From assembly GCA_036785375.1 (NCBI GenBank), contig JAWMAR010000019.1, positions 248,001 to 312,000 of the forward strand: a stretch of 64,000 nucleotides of DNA. Direction: 5' to 3'. Positions 24,903-35,532 of the stretch are shown in pieces. The DNA comes from Leucoraja ocellata. Taxonomy: Eukaryota. The position numbers and the translations under genes are program-made. Position 1 is the stretch's first letter; each line of letters opens with the position of its first letter. Under the pieces are notes generated by a model. That model saw nothing but the letters and a program-made list of their open reading frames with translations. It was not told the DNA's origin and did not search any database.

Positions 24903-26370
24903 AGGACAACACAAAGTGCTGGAGTAACTCTGTGGATCAGGCAGCATTTCTAGAAAACGTGGATAGGTGATGTTTCGGATTGGGGCCTTTCTTCTGACTG
25001 ATGGTGGTGGAAGGAGGTGGGGGGGGAAGAAAGCTGGAAGAGAAGGGGGGCAGGACATACTAGATGGATTCGGGCAAGAGTTTATTTTTTTAATAGGCTT
25101 TTTTAAATGGTTTTATCCTTGTTCCAACTGTTGTAAGGGGGATCGAGAGCAGAACTACATCCACAGAGGAGATACAGGTGAGAGATCCATCTATGACAGC
25201 AGATGCAAAACCATGTTTACTAATGAAAGAGAACATCTTGGCTACCCTGGAATGGAAAGCCTTATCTTGGGAATAGATGCGATGGAAATTGAGAAATTGA
25301 GAGTAGGAGATAGTGTCTTTACAAGAGAAAGGGTGGGAGGAGGTGTTGTCCAGATAGCTGTGGGATTCGATAGGTCTGTAGTAGACATGAGTCTGTCACC
25401 TGTGATGGAGGCAGAGAGTTCAAAAAAGGAGGACGAGCTGTAAAAGATAGTCCAAATTAATTTGTGAGCAAGGTGGAAGTTAGCAGTAAAGTTAAGAAAA
25501 TCAATACGTTTTTCCCTGGTGCAGGATTCTCCTCCGATGTAGTCATCCATGTAGGGGAGAATGAGCTGTGGGATGGTGCTGGTGTACATTTGGAACAAGA
25601 ACTGTTCAATGTAACCAACAAAAAGGCAGGCATTGTTGGGGCCCATGCGAGTGCCCATGGCTACACCTATAACTTGGAGAAGTGAGAGGATTGAAAAGGG
25701 AAGCTTTCCAGGGTGAGGACAAGTTCAATCAGGCAGAGGATAGTGTTTGTAGGAGGAAATTGATTGGGTCCATGTTCAAGGAAGAACCGGAAGGTCTTGA
25801 GACCAACCTGGCGGGGGATGTGGTGTAAATGGGCTGAATGTCTCTCGTAAATGTTGAGGCAGTGGGGGTCTAGAAATTGAAAGTTATTGAGGAGTTGAAG
25901 GGCGTAAGGGGTCTCAATGTAGGTGGGATGGGACTGGACAAGAATGGATAGGATGGAATCAAGTTATTTGGAGATGAATTCTGAGGGTCAGGAGCAGGCA
26001 CAAACAATGTGTATGCAAGGGCAATCCTGTTTGTGGATATTGGGAAGGAGATAGCAGCAGGTAATGAGGGGCTTGGTGAACAATAACGTTGGAGGCAGTG
26101 GAGTGGAGATTGCCAGAGGTGATGAGATCAGAAACAACCTCGGAGATGATGGTCCGGTGATCATCAGTGGGCTTAGGTATGAGGAGAAGTTTGAAAGCTG
26201 GCAGCTGGCCTCAGCACACTAGTGGTTAGCCTGGCAGACAGCACCAGTACCTCCCTTATTGGCAAGGTTAATATTACTGTTGGGATTGGTGCTGAGTGAG
26301 CAGAAGGCTGTGTGTTCAGAGTGGGTGAGATTGGACTGGGTAATGTGAGTGGAGAAGTCAAGATGGTTGA
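24903..26370 (-). mobile_element. Penelope-like retroelement, decayed and internally deleted (RT fragments plus 3' terminal repeat)
   Basis: Minus-strand MGTRMGPNNACLFVGYIEQ...LPYMDDYIG (ORF 25242-25658) matches PLE RT (MGTRMGPSYACLFVG...RYIDD). Degenerate DKG region (NLANKGGTGAV...QLSNFSSY) near 26180-26275. The 3' end at 24903-25010 is the same sequence as the short repeats spread through the window. Confidence 0.85.
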
Positions 26371-26382
26371 TGTTGCATCCGT

Positions 26383-27200
26383 GTCATGGAGTTATAGATT
26401 CATACTGAGTGGAAATAGGCTCTTCAGCCCAACTTGCCCACACTGGCCAACATGTCCCAGCTACAGTAGTCCCACCTGCCTGCATTTGGCTCATAGCCTC
26501 TAAAACTTATCGTATCCATGTATCTGTCTAGTTGTTGCGATAGCCCCTGCCTCAGCTACCTCCTCTGGCAAACCTTTCTATACACCCACCATCCTTTGTG
26601 TGTTACCCCTCAGATTCCTATTAAATCTTTTCCCCTTCAACTTAAACCTATGTCTTCTGGACCTCGATTCCCTTATTCTGGGCAAGAGACTCTGTGCAGC
26701 TACACGATTTATTCCTCTCATGATTTTATACACCTCTGTAAGATCACTCCTTATCCTCCTGCACTCCAAGGAATAGAGCCCCAGTGAATAGTGAAAGGCT
26801 TGCATCGAATAGCAAAAGGCCTGGATAGAGTGGATGTGGAGAGGATGCTTCCACTTGAGGGAGAGTCCAGGACCTGAAGTCATAGGCAGAATTAAAGGAC
26901 GTTCCTTTAGGAAGGAGATGAGGGGACATTTATTTAGTGAGAGGGTGATGAATTTGTCTAATTCATTGCCACAGAAGGCTGTGGAGGTCATCAATTGATA
27001 TTTTGAAGGCAGAGATTATTGATTAGTACAGGGGTCAGGGGTTATGGGGAGAATGGTTTTAAGAGGGAAAGATAGATCAGCCATGATTGGACTGCAGAGT
27101 AGACTTGATGGGCTGAATGGCCTAATTCTGCTCCTATCACTTATGAACATGAATTTATGAACTCAACCTCTCCCTATAGTTCAGACCCTCAAGTCCAATG
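26383..27200. mobile_element. CR1 3' end (-) with an oppositely oriented CR1 3' end (+, about 26786-27160) inserted
   Basis: Minus: LGLYSLECRRIRSDLTEVYKIMRG..RHRFKLKGKRF; plus: atagtgaaaggc..gatagagtggatgtggagaggatg..gatcagccatgattg. Confidence 0.8.
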
Positions 27201-27234
27201 ATTGGAAGGAAAATAGTCCAAAGATGGTAGACAG

Positions 27235-27640
27235 TCAGCAACACTGGTGAAACTCAACTCCATCCATGACAGCAGCCCACTCGACTGGCATGCTGTCCAC
27301 CATCTTAAACATTCATCTCCTCCACCACTGATGCACAGTAGCTTCCAGTATATTTCCACTTACTCACGCCCACTAGTCTGACAGCACCACCAGAACCCAC
27401 GACCTTTACCGTCACGACGAACAAGAGCCTCAGACACATGGGAACACCACCACTAATATATGGTCTCCCGCAATTAGTTTGTTATCTGACTTGGAAATAT
27501 TCTACCATTTGTGCTGTTGAGCTTTGACTCCCACCCAGTACAACAGTGCGAAGGACAGCAGCAATCTTCTCAAAACTCGTAGGCTGGACAATAAATGTTA
27601 GGCCCGTCAGAGATATCCACGTCTGCAAATTTAATAAAAA
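27235..27640 (+). mobile_element. Old non-LTR element 3' region (L2/CR1 group)
   Basis: gcagcccactcgactggca...ttaaacattcatctcctccaccac (LNIHLLHH-like); a related relic lies at about 48530-48990. Confidence 0.4.
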
Positions 27641-28339
27641 GGATGGATCATTTAAATCACATTTTCCGCCGCTATAAATTGGTAGCAAAATAAAGTTCAA
27701 TTCATTTCTAGATTACTCCCTTTGTGCATATTTGGCTTCTTCAATTTAAAAAAAGAATCTCGACCATGTTCGCAAGTTTCATCAACAAACGTTGAATTTG
27801 CAGATGCGAATTCTCCATGTACCCTAAGGTCCTACTATTAGATTGAAGGCTCTTGGTAATCTTGATGAAGAAACGTTTCTGCGTTCTCTCTGTTCTCTCC
27901 CGGGTTTTGCCCAATTGACTCCAACAGTTCAATGTAACTAAGCTGTAAATACACACTGGTAAACCACGGAGTTTCTGTGCAGCTTCCATTGTCGGGCTGC
28001 ACACCTTCTCCTCTAGACGGTAGCAGTGAACTTTCTCCGAGGACATTAACTTTCATTGATCTGCCAATACGGATTTTAAATCCTGACTTTGCAACCCGTG
28101 CCATTCAGGAAGGAGCCATTTCCTTCTGCCACGCTCAGTGAATCGAGTCAAATGTCTAGGATTTAAAGGAATATAAAATCCTAGAGAAACTCATGTGTTA
28201 CTCCAGCACGCTGTGCCTGTTTTTTATTTGGTAACCAGCCTCTGCAGTTTCTTGTTCTGAGCATTTAGAGTCACTTTATAAAACCGCAGAGAATAACGAG
28301 TGATGTTGTTGTAATCAAAATACATGACAGTAAATCAAC

Positions 28340-28470
28340 TATGGGGTTATGGGGAGAAGGAAGGAGAATGTGGTTAGGAAGGAGAGATAGATCAACCATG
28401 ATTGAATGGCGGAGACTTGATGGGCCGAATGGCCTAATTCTCCTCCTATCACGTATGACCTTATGAGCAT
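28340..28470 (+). mobile_element. CR1 3' terminal fragment
   Basis: ggggttatggggagaagg...gatcaaccatgattgaatggcgg...gggccgaatggcctaattc. Confidence 0.8.
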
Positions 28471-31400
28471 TTAACTAGATAACCGAGTTTTTGGATTAAA
28501 CAGATGAGGAACTAAGAAGTTTGATATCGAACGCATTCGGCCCAACTGCTAACTCACATTTATTGGTGCCCCCGTTTCAAACTCATATTCCGTTTTCAGA
28601 TCTGGGCGGGTTTGGCAGGAGCAAGTTTTGGTCTCATGTTCAGACTTGGTCTCACACTCGGTGTCAGATTTAGGATGCTTTTGTATTACTTCCTTTATAC
28701 TCAAATCATTATCTAAATGGTGCGGTGCACAGCTGCAGCCCCGAGTTATAGTGACGGCCCCACCACACACTGAGTTGAGGAACAAAGAGGCGCTGCAAAT
28801 ATATGCTCGGACACACGCACAGAGCTCCTCGCTGCAGGCAGCTAATTCTTTATGTTAAAAGAAAGCAAATAGAGGCACCATCTCACTACTTAGCATTAAA
28901 AAGGTTCCAAACAAGGTTTGCTAAATTCCCAGCTAGTCAAACAGGCTGCTTGGATGTTTTTACAAAAACCCATTGCGAAGGCCTGAGATTACAGGTTATA
29001 TTTCTCACACAGGTTCCACCTTCCTAACTCCCAAGGTACAGTCTCGGATTTATGATCCTGCAGGTCCCTATCAGCCTGGTAAAGTCGAACACGAAGTCCA
29101 GCACCGTATATATTATCACAGTGCAAGCCCATGTAGAAAGGAGATTAGAAATATATTGGGGGGGGGGGGGGTTGAATGGAAAAGCACAAGATAAACATAT
29201 ATTTCAGTCTAGTCCTATCGTCAAATGTTAAACGAGTATTTATCATTTCGGTTGTGTGTATAACGCTGAATAGCTCCCATTATTGTTTAATCCCGTGTCC
29301 AGATTAAACTATGGTAGCTAGCTATTCCAGACAGGTGCCAGCATGAAGCAGCCCTGTGACACCGGCGAGTTGGAAGTGTAAAAGTCTCCTGCACAGGTGA
29401 GAGCGTCACCTGCATGCTATTCCGCTCCCAGCCTTGAGATCAGTGCAGTTTCTTGAGGACAGAAGCCCCCCCCCCCCCCCCCCACCCATGGCATTTGAAT
29501 CAATTCCTGGTAGGCTAAAGAGTCGTTGGAAGAATCCCCCTGTCTGAGCGTTTGGTTAATTCCACGCGGGGTGAAGAGGTGGTGGTGGGAGGTGGTGGGA
29601 GGGGGAGGGGGGAAGGGAAGGGAGGGGGCGCCACGTAGCTTGAGACCGTTCCCTCGAAGCCGCCAACATGATAGGTAAGGACGTCCCGATCGGCTGCACT
29701 TTAACATCATTGGAAAGCAGCATAGCTACGCTGACGCCGTTGTATCAATTCATCCCCGCCCCTTTAGTTTTGGGTTCAGGTTTATTATTGTCACGTGTAC
29801 CGAGATACAGTGAAACGCTTTTGCCTCACTTGCAAATCTTCGTTTAGTGTCTAAGATTAATAAATGCACTGAGCCTAAGTCAGGGAGCAATACAAACAAA
29901 AAATGCATGCCCACGTCAATGAGACAGTTTAAGTTACAGTCATATTACCTCAAAGGTGTTATATTTCCCCCACTCACTGTTTAGATGGGATTTGGTCTTT
30001 GCTCCAGGTTTACACTGGATATATATGGGGGGCGGGGTGGACAAAGCAGAAAGACTAGTCCAAATCCCCCAGCAGAACGGAGTCCTGTGTTATCCCATTG
30101 AGTCTCGCTCAGGTTCAGCATCACTGCCTCTGATTACAATACAAAAAGTGTGACAGCTCGGGAGTGTCATTGGTAAACCTAATTACACCGGAAATGGGAA
30201 GTGTTCAACGGTGTAATTGAAAGTGCAAGTGTTAGTGTATGGCGCGGCATCGGTGTCTTCCTCGGGAGCGCTCCAAAGTAGCGCCTGCCTGTTCTGTCAC
30301 TGGCGAAGTGTGATCGAAGCACTCGCCGATTCCGGCGCAACCCTTTGCAGAACGGCCTGAGAACAATCCGCGGAGTCGCCAGGCTTTATGCCCGACACGG
30401 TGCACGGCCGGGGGGGGGGATGCCCTGGACGTGGTCGGCTAAATCGGATGAATTTAGCAAAGGATTGGGCTGCATTTCTGTTCAAACCATAATGGACTCC
30501 ACTGTCCACAAGCGGACGGCGAGGCTGGAGGATGCTGCTCCCCGGACTGTCCGCTACCCTCACCCTAAAGCGGGAGCACCGGATTGCTGTTTGTGGCTGA
30601 TGTTAATGTGGATCTAGTAACCATTTCAAGTCCCGTTCTCAGACCCGATCCTTGTGAGTCCAGCTGCGGGAAGGGGCGGGGGAGGGGGGAGACTGGGGAA
30701 CGCACACATTCCCTTGAGCACTTAATGCTGGCGGAATGCGAATCGCCACCCTCTCCGAGACGGGCAAACTTCGGACGCTCCCCGCCGCAGGAAGGGGCAA
30801 GGTAGTAAATCGAGGTTGACACACAGCAACAGCGAAGGCCGCCTCCGCTCTCACGTTAAGGTGCGCGAACAAGTGTGTATGGGACGGAGAATACTTTGCA
30901 CTAGATTTGGTATGTGTTTGAGTTTAAAGACCCGGAATTAGCAGGTTTGGATTTCTCCGGCGGAGCCCTTACAGCGGCGAATTGTTTTAGAGTCGGATCG
31001 TCTGTCCCAATATAACAAGCTGGTCACTGTGACGTGAAAACTTAAGTCAAGTAACCTGGGGTAAAATAAAGGAGATAAGCACTAAGTGCTGCAGTAACCC
31101 AGCCGGTCAGACAGCAACTGTGGAGAAAATGGATGGGTCTGATTGCTGGAAAAAAGTGCTTAAATAGTTGATATGTGTGGGGAAGCCTGTGGAGGTGCAT
31201 GCTGGAGTCGCTTGTCTTACTTTACAGTGCGAGCGAAACGCGATGCAAGAAAGTAGAAGAGTAGAAAGAAGCAAAGATCACTTGTGAAGATATTTTTCCT
31301 TTAACCCAACAAGGCAACAACTCCGGAAACAACAACGGCAGAGGCCTCTGGAGATGTTTGGCACCTTCCTCCAAGTCATTTTCTACCGCGTTCCTATTGC

Positions 31401-31639
31401 TTCGAAGTATTTCATACACTTGTATCCCCCTTTTCGACCCAGATATGCTACATTTCCCATTTGCACGGAGTTATAACACTTGCAAAGCTGTGTAATAACT
31501 GCACACGGCGCCGGAGCTCCCGGGCTGTTCACTTTGCTGCTTTTGTTTTGATTCCTCTTTGGGAGAGCAGCAGCTATTTAGTTTCCTTGCTCTCTGTGTG
31601 TTTCTCTCTCCTCCCCTGCGCTTCCCCCTTTGCCTCCTT

Positions 31640-31923
31640 CTGCGTGGTTGCCCCGGGTCCAGAGAGCAATGAAAGAAATCCCCCACCGGGCCCGCCCGCC
31701 CGCCCGCCCACCAATCGCATGCCGGGGATGCTGCTCCCTGGCCGGGGTTGCCATGGCAGCTCACATCAATCATGCGGCGAGCAGCCAATGGGAGGCCCGG
31801 GGCCGGCGCGTACACAGCGTCGGCTTTTCCTAGCTCGGCGCTGCTGCCAATGATCCGAGCTCGGTGCAAGTTGTCAAAGGCTCGGCTCGTTTAACAAGTC
31901 AGATCACTCCGGCTCAGCAAGTC
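31640..31923 (+). promoter_or_regulatory. Proximal promoter / 5' leader of POU3F2
   Basis: Tandem GC boxes (cccg)n 31691-31709, CCAAT at 31711, 31785 and 31847, X-box-like GTTGCCATGGCAGC 31747-31760, directly upstream of the ATG. TSS not determinable. Confidence 0.7.
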
Positions 31924-33099
31924 ATGGCGACCACAGCATCAAATCATTACATTACGAGCGGCAATATCCTCACCTCCAACTCCATCGTGCACGCCGCCGA
32001 GCCGGGGAGCATGCAACAAGGGACAGCCTACAGGGATGCACAGAAACTGGTCCAGAATGATTACATGCAAAGCAATGGGCACCCTCTCAGCCACGCTCAC
32101 CAATGGTTAACCGCTCTCTCACACGCCGAGGGATCTCCGTGGTCGGCCGGCGTGGCGGCCAGTCCCCTCGGCCAGCAAGACATCAAGCCCACGGTGCAAA
32201 CGGGGAGGGACGAACTCCACAGTGGGGGCACTTTGCACCACCGGCCGCCTCACATGGTGCACCAGCACGGCAACCACCACGGTGCATGGGGCAACACCAC
32301 CTCACCCCACATCCCCAGCATGGCATCCAACGGCCAAAGTCTCATCTACTCGCAGCCGGGCTTCACGGTCAATGGCATGATCAACCCGGCATCGACCCAA
32401 GGCATGCACCATGGGCTGAGGGAAGCCCACGAGGAGCATCACCACGGGGACCACGGTCAACATCACCAACAGCAACATCAGCAGCAGCAGCAGCAGCACC
32501 ACCAGCAGCAGCAGCAGCACCACCAGCATCAGGGTCACGAGCACTCGGACGAGGACACCCCTACCTCGGACGACTTGGAACAGTTCGCCAAGCAGTTCAA
32601 ACAGAGGAGGATCAAGCTAGGATTTACCCAAGCCGACGTGGGACTAGCTCTTGGGACGCTCTACGGCAATGTCTTCTCGCAGACTACCATCTGCAGGTTC
32701 GAAGCGCTTCAGCTGAGCTTTAAAAACATGTGCAAACTCAAACCCTTGTTGAACAAGTGGCTGGAGGAGGCCGACTCGTCGTCCGGAAGCCCCACCAGCA
32801 TAGACAAAATCGCTGCCCAAGGCAGAAAGAGGAAAAAGAGGACCTCGATCGAGGTGAGCGTCAAGGGAGCTTTGGAGAGCCATTTTTTGAAGTGCCCGAA
32901 GCCCTCGGCCCCGGAGATCACTTCTCTGGCGGACAGTCTGCAGCTGGAGAAAGAGGTGGTCAGGGTTTGGTTTTGTAACAGAAGACAAAAAGAGAAACGA
33001 ATGACTCCTCCCGGAGGAGCACACCCCGGAGCCGAGGATGTATATGGGGCGAGGGACACCCCGCCGTCACACCATGGGGTTCAGACTTCTGTACAGTGA
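31924..33099 (+). CDS. POU3F2: POU domain class 3 transcription factor 2 (Brn-2/Oct-7), single exon, 391 aa
   Basis: ATG at 31924 (caagtcATGg) gives MATTASNHY...; POU-specific domain [32 protein letters not shown]...LEEAD (~32548-32775); POU homeodomain [11 protein letters not shown]...[15 protein letters not shown] (~32824-33006). N-terminal [13 protein letters not shown] and C-terminal [20 protein letters not shown] match POU3F2 rather than POU3F1/3/4. No introns, as expected for class III POU genes. Confidence 0.97.
   Translation: MATTASNHYITSGNILTSNSIVHAAEPGSMQQGTAYRDAQKLVQNDYMQSNGHPLSHAHQWLTALSHAEGSPWSAGVAASPLGQQDIKPTVQTGRDELHSGGTLHHRPPHMVHQHGNHHGAWGNTTSPHIPSMASNGQSLIYSQPGFTVNGMINPASTQGMHHGLREAHEEHHHGDHGQHHQQQHQQQQQQHHQQQQQHHQHQGHEHSDEDTPTSDDLEQFAKQFKQRRIKLGFTQADVGLALGTLYGNVFSQTTICRFEALQLSFKNMCKLKPLLNKWLEEADSSSGSPTSIDKIAAQGRKRKKRTSIEVSVKGALESHFLKCPKPSAPEITSLADSLQLEKEVVRVWFCNRRQKEKRMTPPGGAHPGAEDVYGARDTPPSHHGVQTSVQ
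32440..32538 (+). repeat. CAG/CAC/CAT triplet tract encoding a His/Gln-rich stretch of POU3F2
   Basis: (CAG)6 at 32479-32496 and (CAG)5 at 32503-32517 within the [34 protein letters not shown] stretch. Confidence 0.95.
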
Positions 33100-33405
33100 A
33101 TGCTCTCCCCTTCACATCTTTTGTTCCTTTTATTTGTTCTTTTCTTAACGAACAGCTTAAAACACCGGACTATCGTTGCGATAGCACATGTTAATGGTGT
33201 GTTTTGACCTGTACAGATGGAGCTGGCGGGCAAATGGAGTGAGTATATAAATAATAACAGAGGCACTGATATACATACCTTTACAAAACTGTGGCGAAGA
33301 GACACAAAACTGCCTAGGATAGAATGGGACCAGAAAGGCTGCTATAATTCTTAATGTATAGATCCACTGTGACAGGCAGGAGCAAAGGGTTGTGTGTGTG
33401 TGCGC

Positions 33406-33564
33406 NNNNNNNNNNNNNNNNNNNNNNNNNNNNNNNNNNNNNNNNNNNNNNNNNNNNNNNNNNNNNNNNNNNNNNNNNNNNNNNNNNNNNNNNNNNNNNN
33501 NNNNNNNNNNNNNNNNNNNNNNNNNNNNNNNNNNNNNNNNNNNNNNNNNNNNNNNNNNNNNNNN
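33406..33564. other. Assembly gap (159 N) just downstream of POU3F2, next to a (TG)n tract
   Basis: Run of N preceded by tgtgtgtgtgtgcgc. Confidence 1.
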
Positions 33565-33897
33565 AAGCAGAAGAGGATTTGGCCACGAGCTGCAGTTTTG
33601 ATTGCTGCAAGAAAAAGGTATAGGGAGGAGAAAGGGAAATTCCAATACACTGCTCTCCGGGACTCGCCACCGTTCGAGACACTTGCGGGTTTGCTTCAAA
33701 GAAAATCCCACCAGAGTGGGAGACATTTCTCCCGGGCGCTGAATTGTACAAGTCGAAAGGCAGTGTATGTGAGGAGAAAATAGGCTGTGTCAATCAGACA
33801 GAGAGGGGCTCAGCTCCAACCATACAGTTCTCTCCGGGAACTGAAGTTGGGAGCTGCGAAATAGCAAACAGGATCAATTAACAGACACAAAGAAGGA

Positions 33898-34103
33898 AAT
33901 AAATGAACGATAAATCGATACATTTCAGGCGCTATAAAGTATTACAGATCACCGACTAAAAGTTTTATCCCCATGTTTAATAAAAAAAAACTAATTCCGG
34001 TGGCAAGAAATGCAATACCTTTTATACGAGAGGACTATTACAAATATGCTAGCTAGCGTCTTTACGCCTCCGAATTAGCACTGTACAATAATGAATAAAT
34101 AAA
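33898..34103 (+). terminator. Candidate polyadenylation signals in the POU3F2 3' UTR
   Basis: AATAAA at 33898, 33979, 34094 and 34098; the last is followed by GT-rich tgttgtagtt. The true 3' end could be further downstream. Confidence 0.35.
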
Positions 34104-35451
34104 ATTTCAGAGTCAAAATGTTGTAGTTCCTGCCACATTTTTTCGAAAGAATATATTGCAGTATAAAACATTGTACTTATTAAACGTGCGTCTACAATCT
34201 AACATAAAACAATCCACAGTCGGGTAAAATGAAACAAAAAAGACCTTTAAAACGTATCAGTATATTGCGCTTTCTTACAAAGAACATATCCAAACATTCA
34301 AAATTCTAGAAAAGGTGTGTACATATTTGAGATATTTTGATGTGGTGATATGATTGTAATTTAACCGCAGTTATAGCGATTCCTAAAGACAATAAAATTT
34401 AGTAAGTGTTAGAGAAACATTTAAAAATGTAAAAAAAAACACCAGGTCAGGTAGGTTGGTACAGGCAGAAATAATCCTGAGACACAAACTGAATTTTGTG
34501 TCTGTTCGTTTAGTGAAATGAAGTTGAACGTGGAGTACTTTGTTAGAACCTTTTCGCATAGGTTTATGGAGAGCGGTTACCCATGCACATCTTATACCAC
34601 TATGTATATATGTTGCATAAATTTGTCTTTTGAACTGAAGAAGATGAACAATATCTGAATGATTTTTTTTCCTTGTATACATTTTTCCATAATGCTGCCC
34701 AGGGAATTTTAATATCATTTTCACGTGGCCTGCCTCAATGTATTTATTTCTTTAAAAGAAGTTTTGGAAACTGTTTCTTCTGTAGCTTTAATTGATTAGA
34801 TGTTATATGTGGGATGTAATTTTTTTCCGTTATGCTTTCCCCCCTCCCCACCCTTCTCTTGAAAAGATTGTTTTTGGTACATTTCAATGTGTCTTGTGAA
34901 GATAAACGAAGCAACGCAGAGTCCCTTATATATTTATGTTAAAGTAATATTTTATTACTTACATAAAACAAGCGATCGCACAACCTTGAAGTCTTATGTG
35001 GTGGTTTTGTGGGGAAATTATATTTTCTGAGCGGATGGTGGGAACGGATAGTTTATCCACTAAACCGGTATCAGGACTACAGTATTATTCTAATGAGACA
35101 ATAAGTATAATATTCACATCTATAAACACAACAATCGTTTCAAGATCATCTCAATAGATATGAAGAAACACTCCTAGAAACAGAAATACATTGTTTTAAA
35201 ACAATCTTTATTCCGTACTGCATTTTTTTATTTTTTTTGTGCGCGTGGAGAGACACAATACCTTTCAAATTTGTACCATTACACCTTACATTGGTCTATG
35301 TGACGCGCACACATCTATGTTCTTATTACTAAATCGTTCTTTTGAATTATAAATGTTAACCTATTTTAGGATATCTTACATATCATTTTAATTATAATTA
35401 ATAATAATGATGCAGATGAGTAAATATGTAATGGTTAAAATTGATCTGCAT

Positions 35452-35467
35452 ACATTATGTATATATA

Positions 35468-35519
<52 letters not shown>

Positions 35520-35532
35520 TATATATATATAT
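35452..35532. repeat. (TA)n microsatellite
   Basis: Directly visible. Confidence 0.95.

Larger units (their letters stand above)
29340..33100. promoter_or_regulatory. CpG-island-like region over and upstream of POU3F2
   Basis: High GC and dense CpG at about 29340-29760, 30230-30990 and 31500-33100. Confidence 0.75.

Noticed and set aside
27741-28104. Two overlapping minus-strand ORFs (101 and 88 aa) in unique sequence
   Set aside because: No recognisable motif or clear exon structure.
31864-31923. 20-codon N-terminal extension of POU3F2 from GTG in the ORF track
   Set aside because: Homology begins at ATG 31924 (MAT.ASNHY), which has a good Kozak context; nothing supports GTG initiation.
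32905-32920. Homeodomain SAPEI versus human SAQEI
   Set aside because: This position varies among class III POU proteins; no basis for a functional claim.
31461-33059. Overlapping alternative-frame and antisense ORFs (e.g. 32103-32723, 32644-33024, 31461-31853)
   Set aside because: Expected by-products of GC-rich coding and promoter DNA; no recognisable domains.
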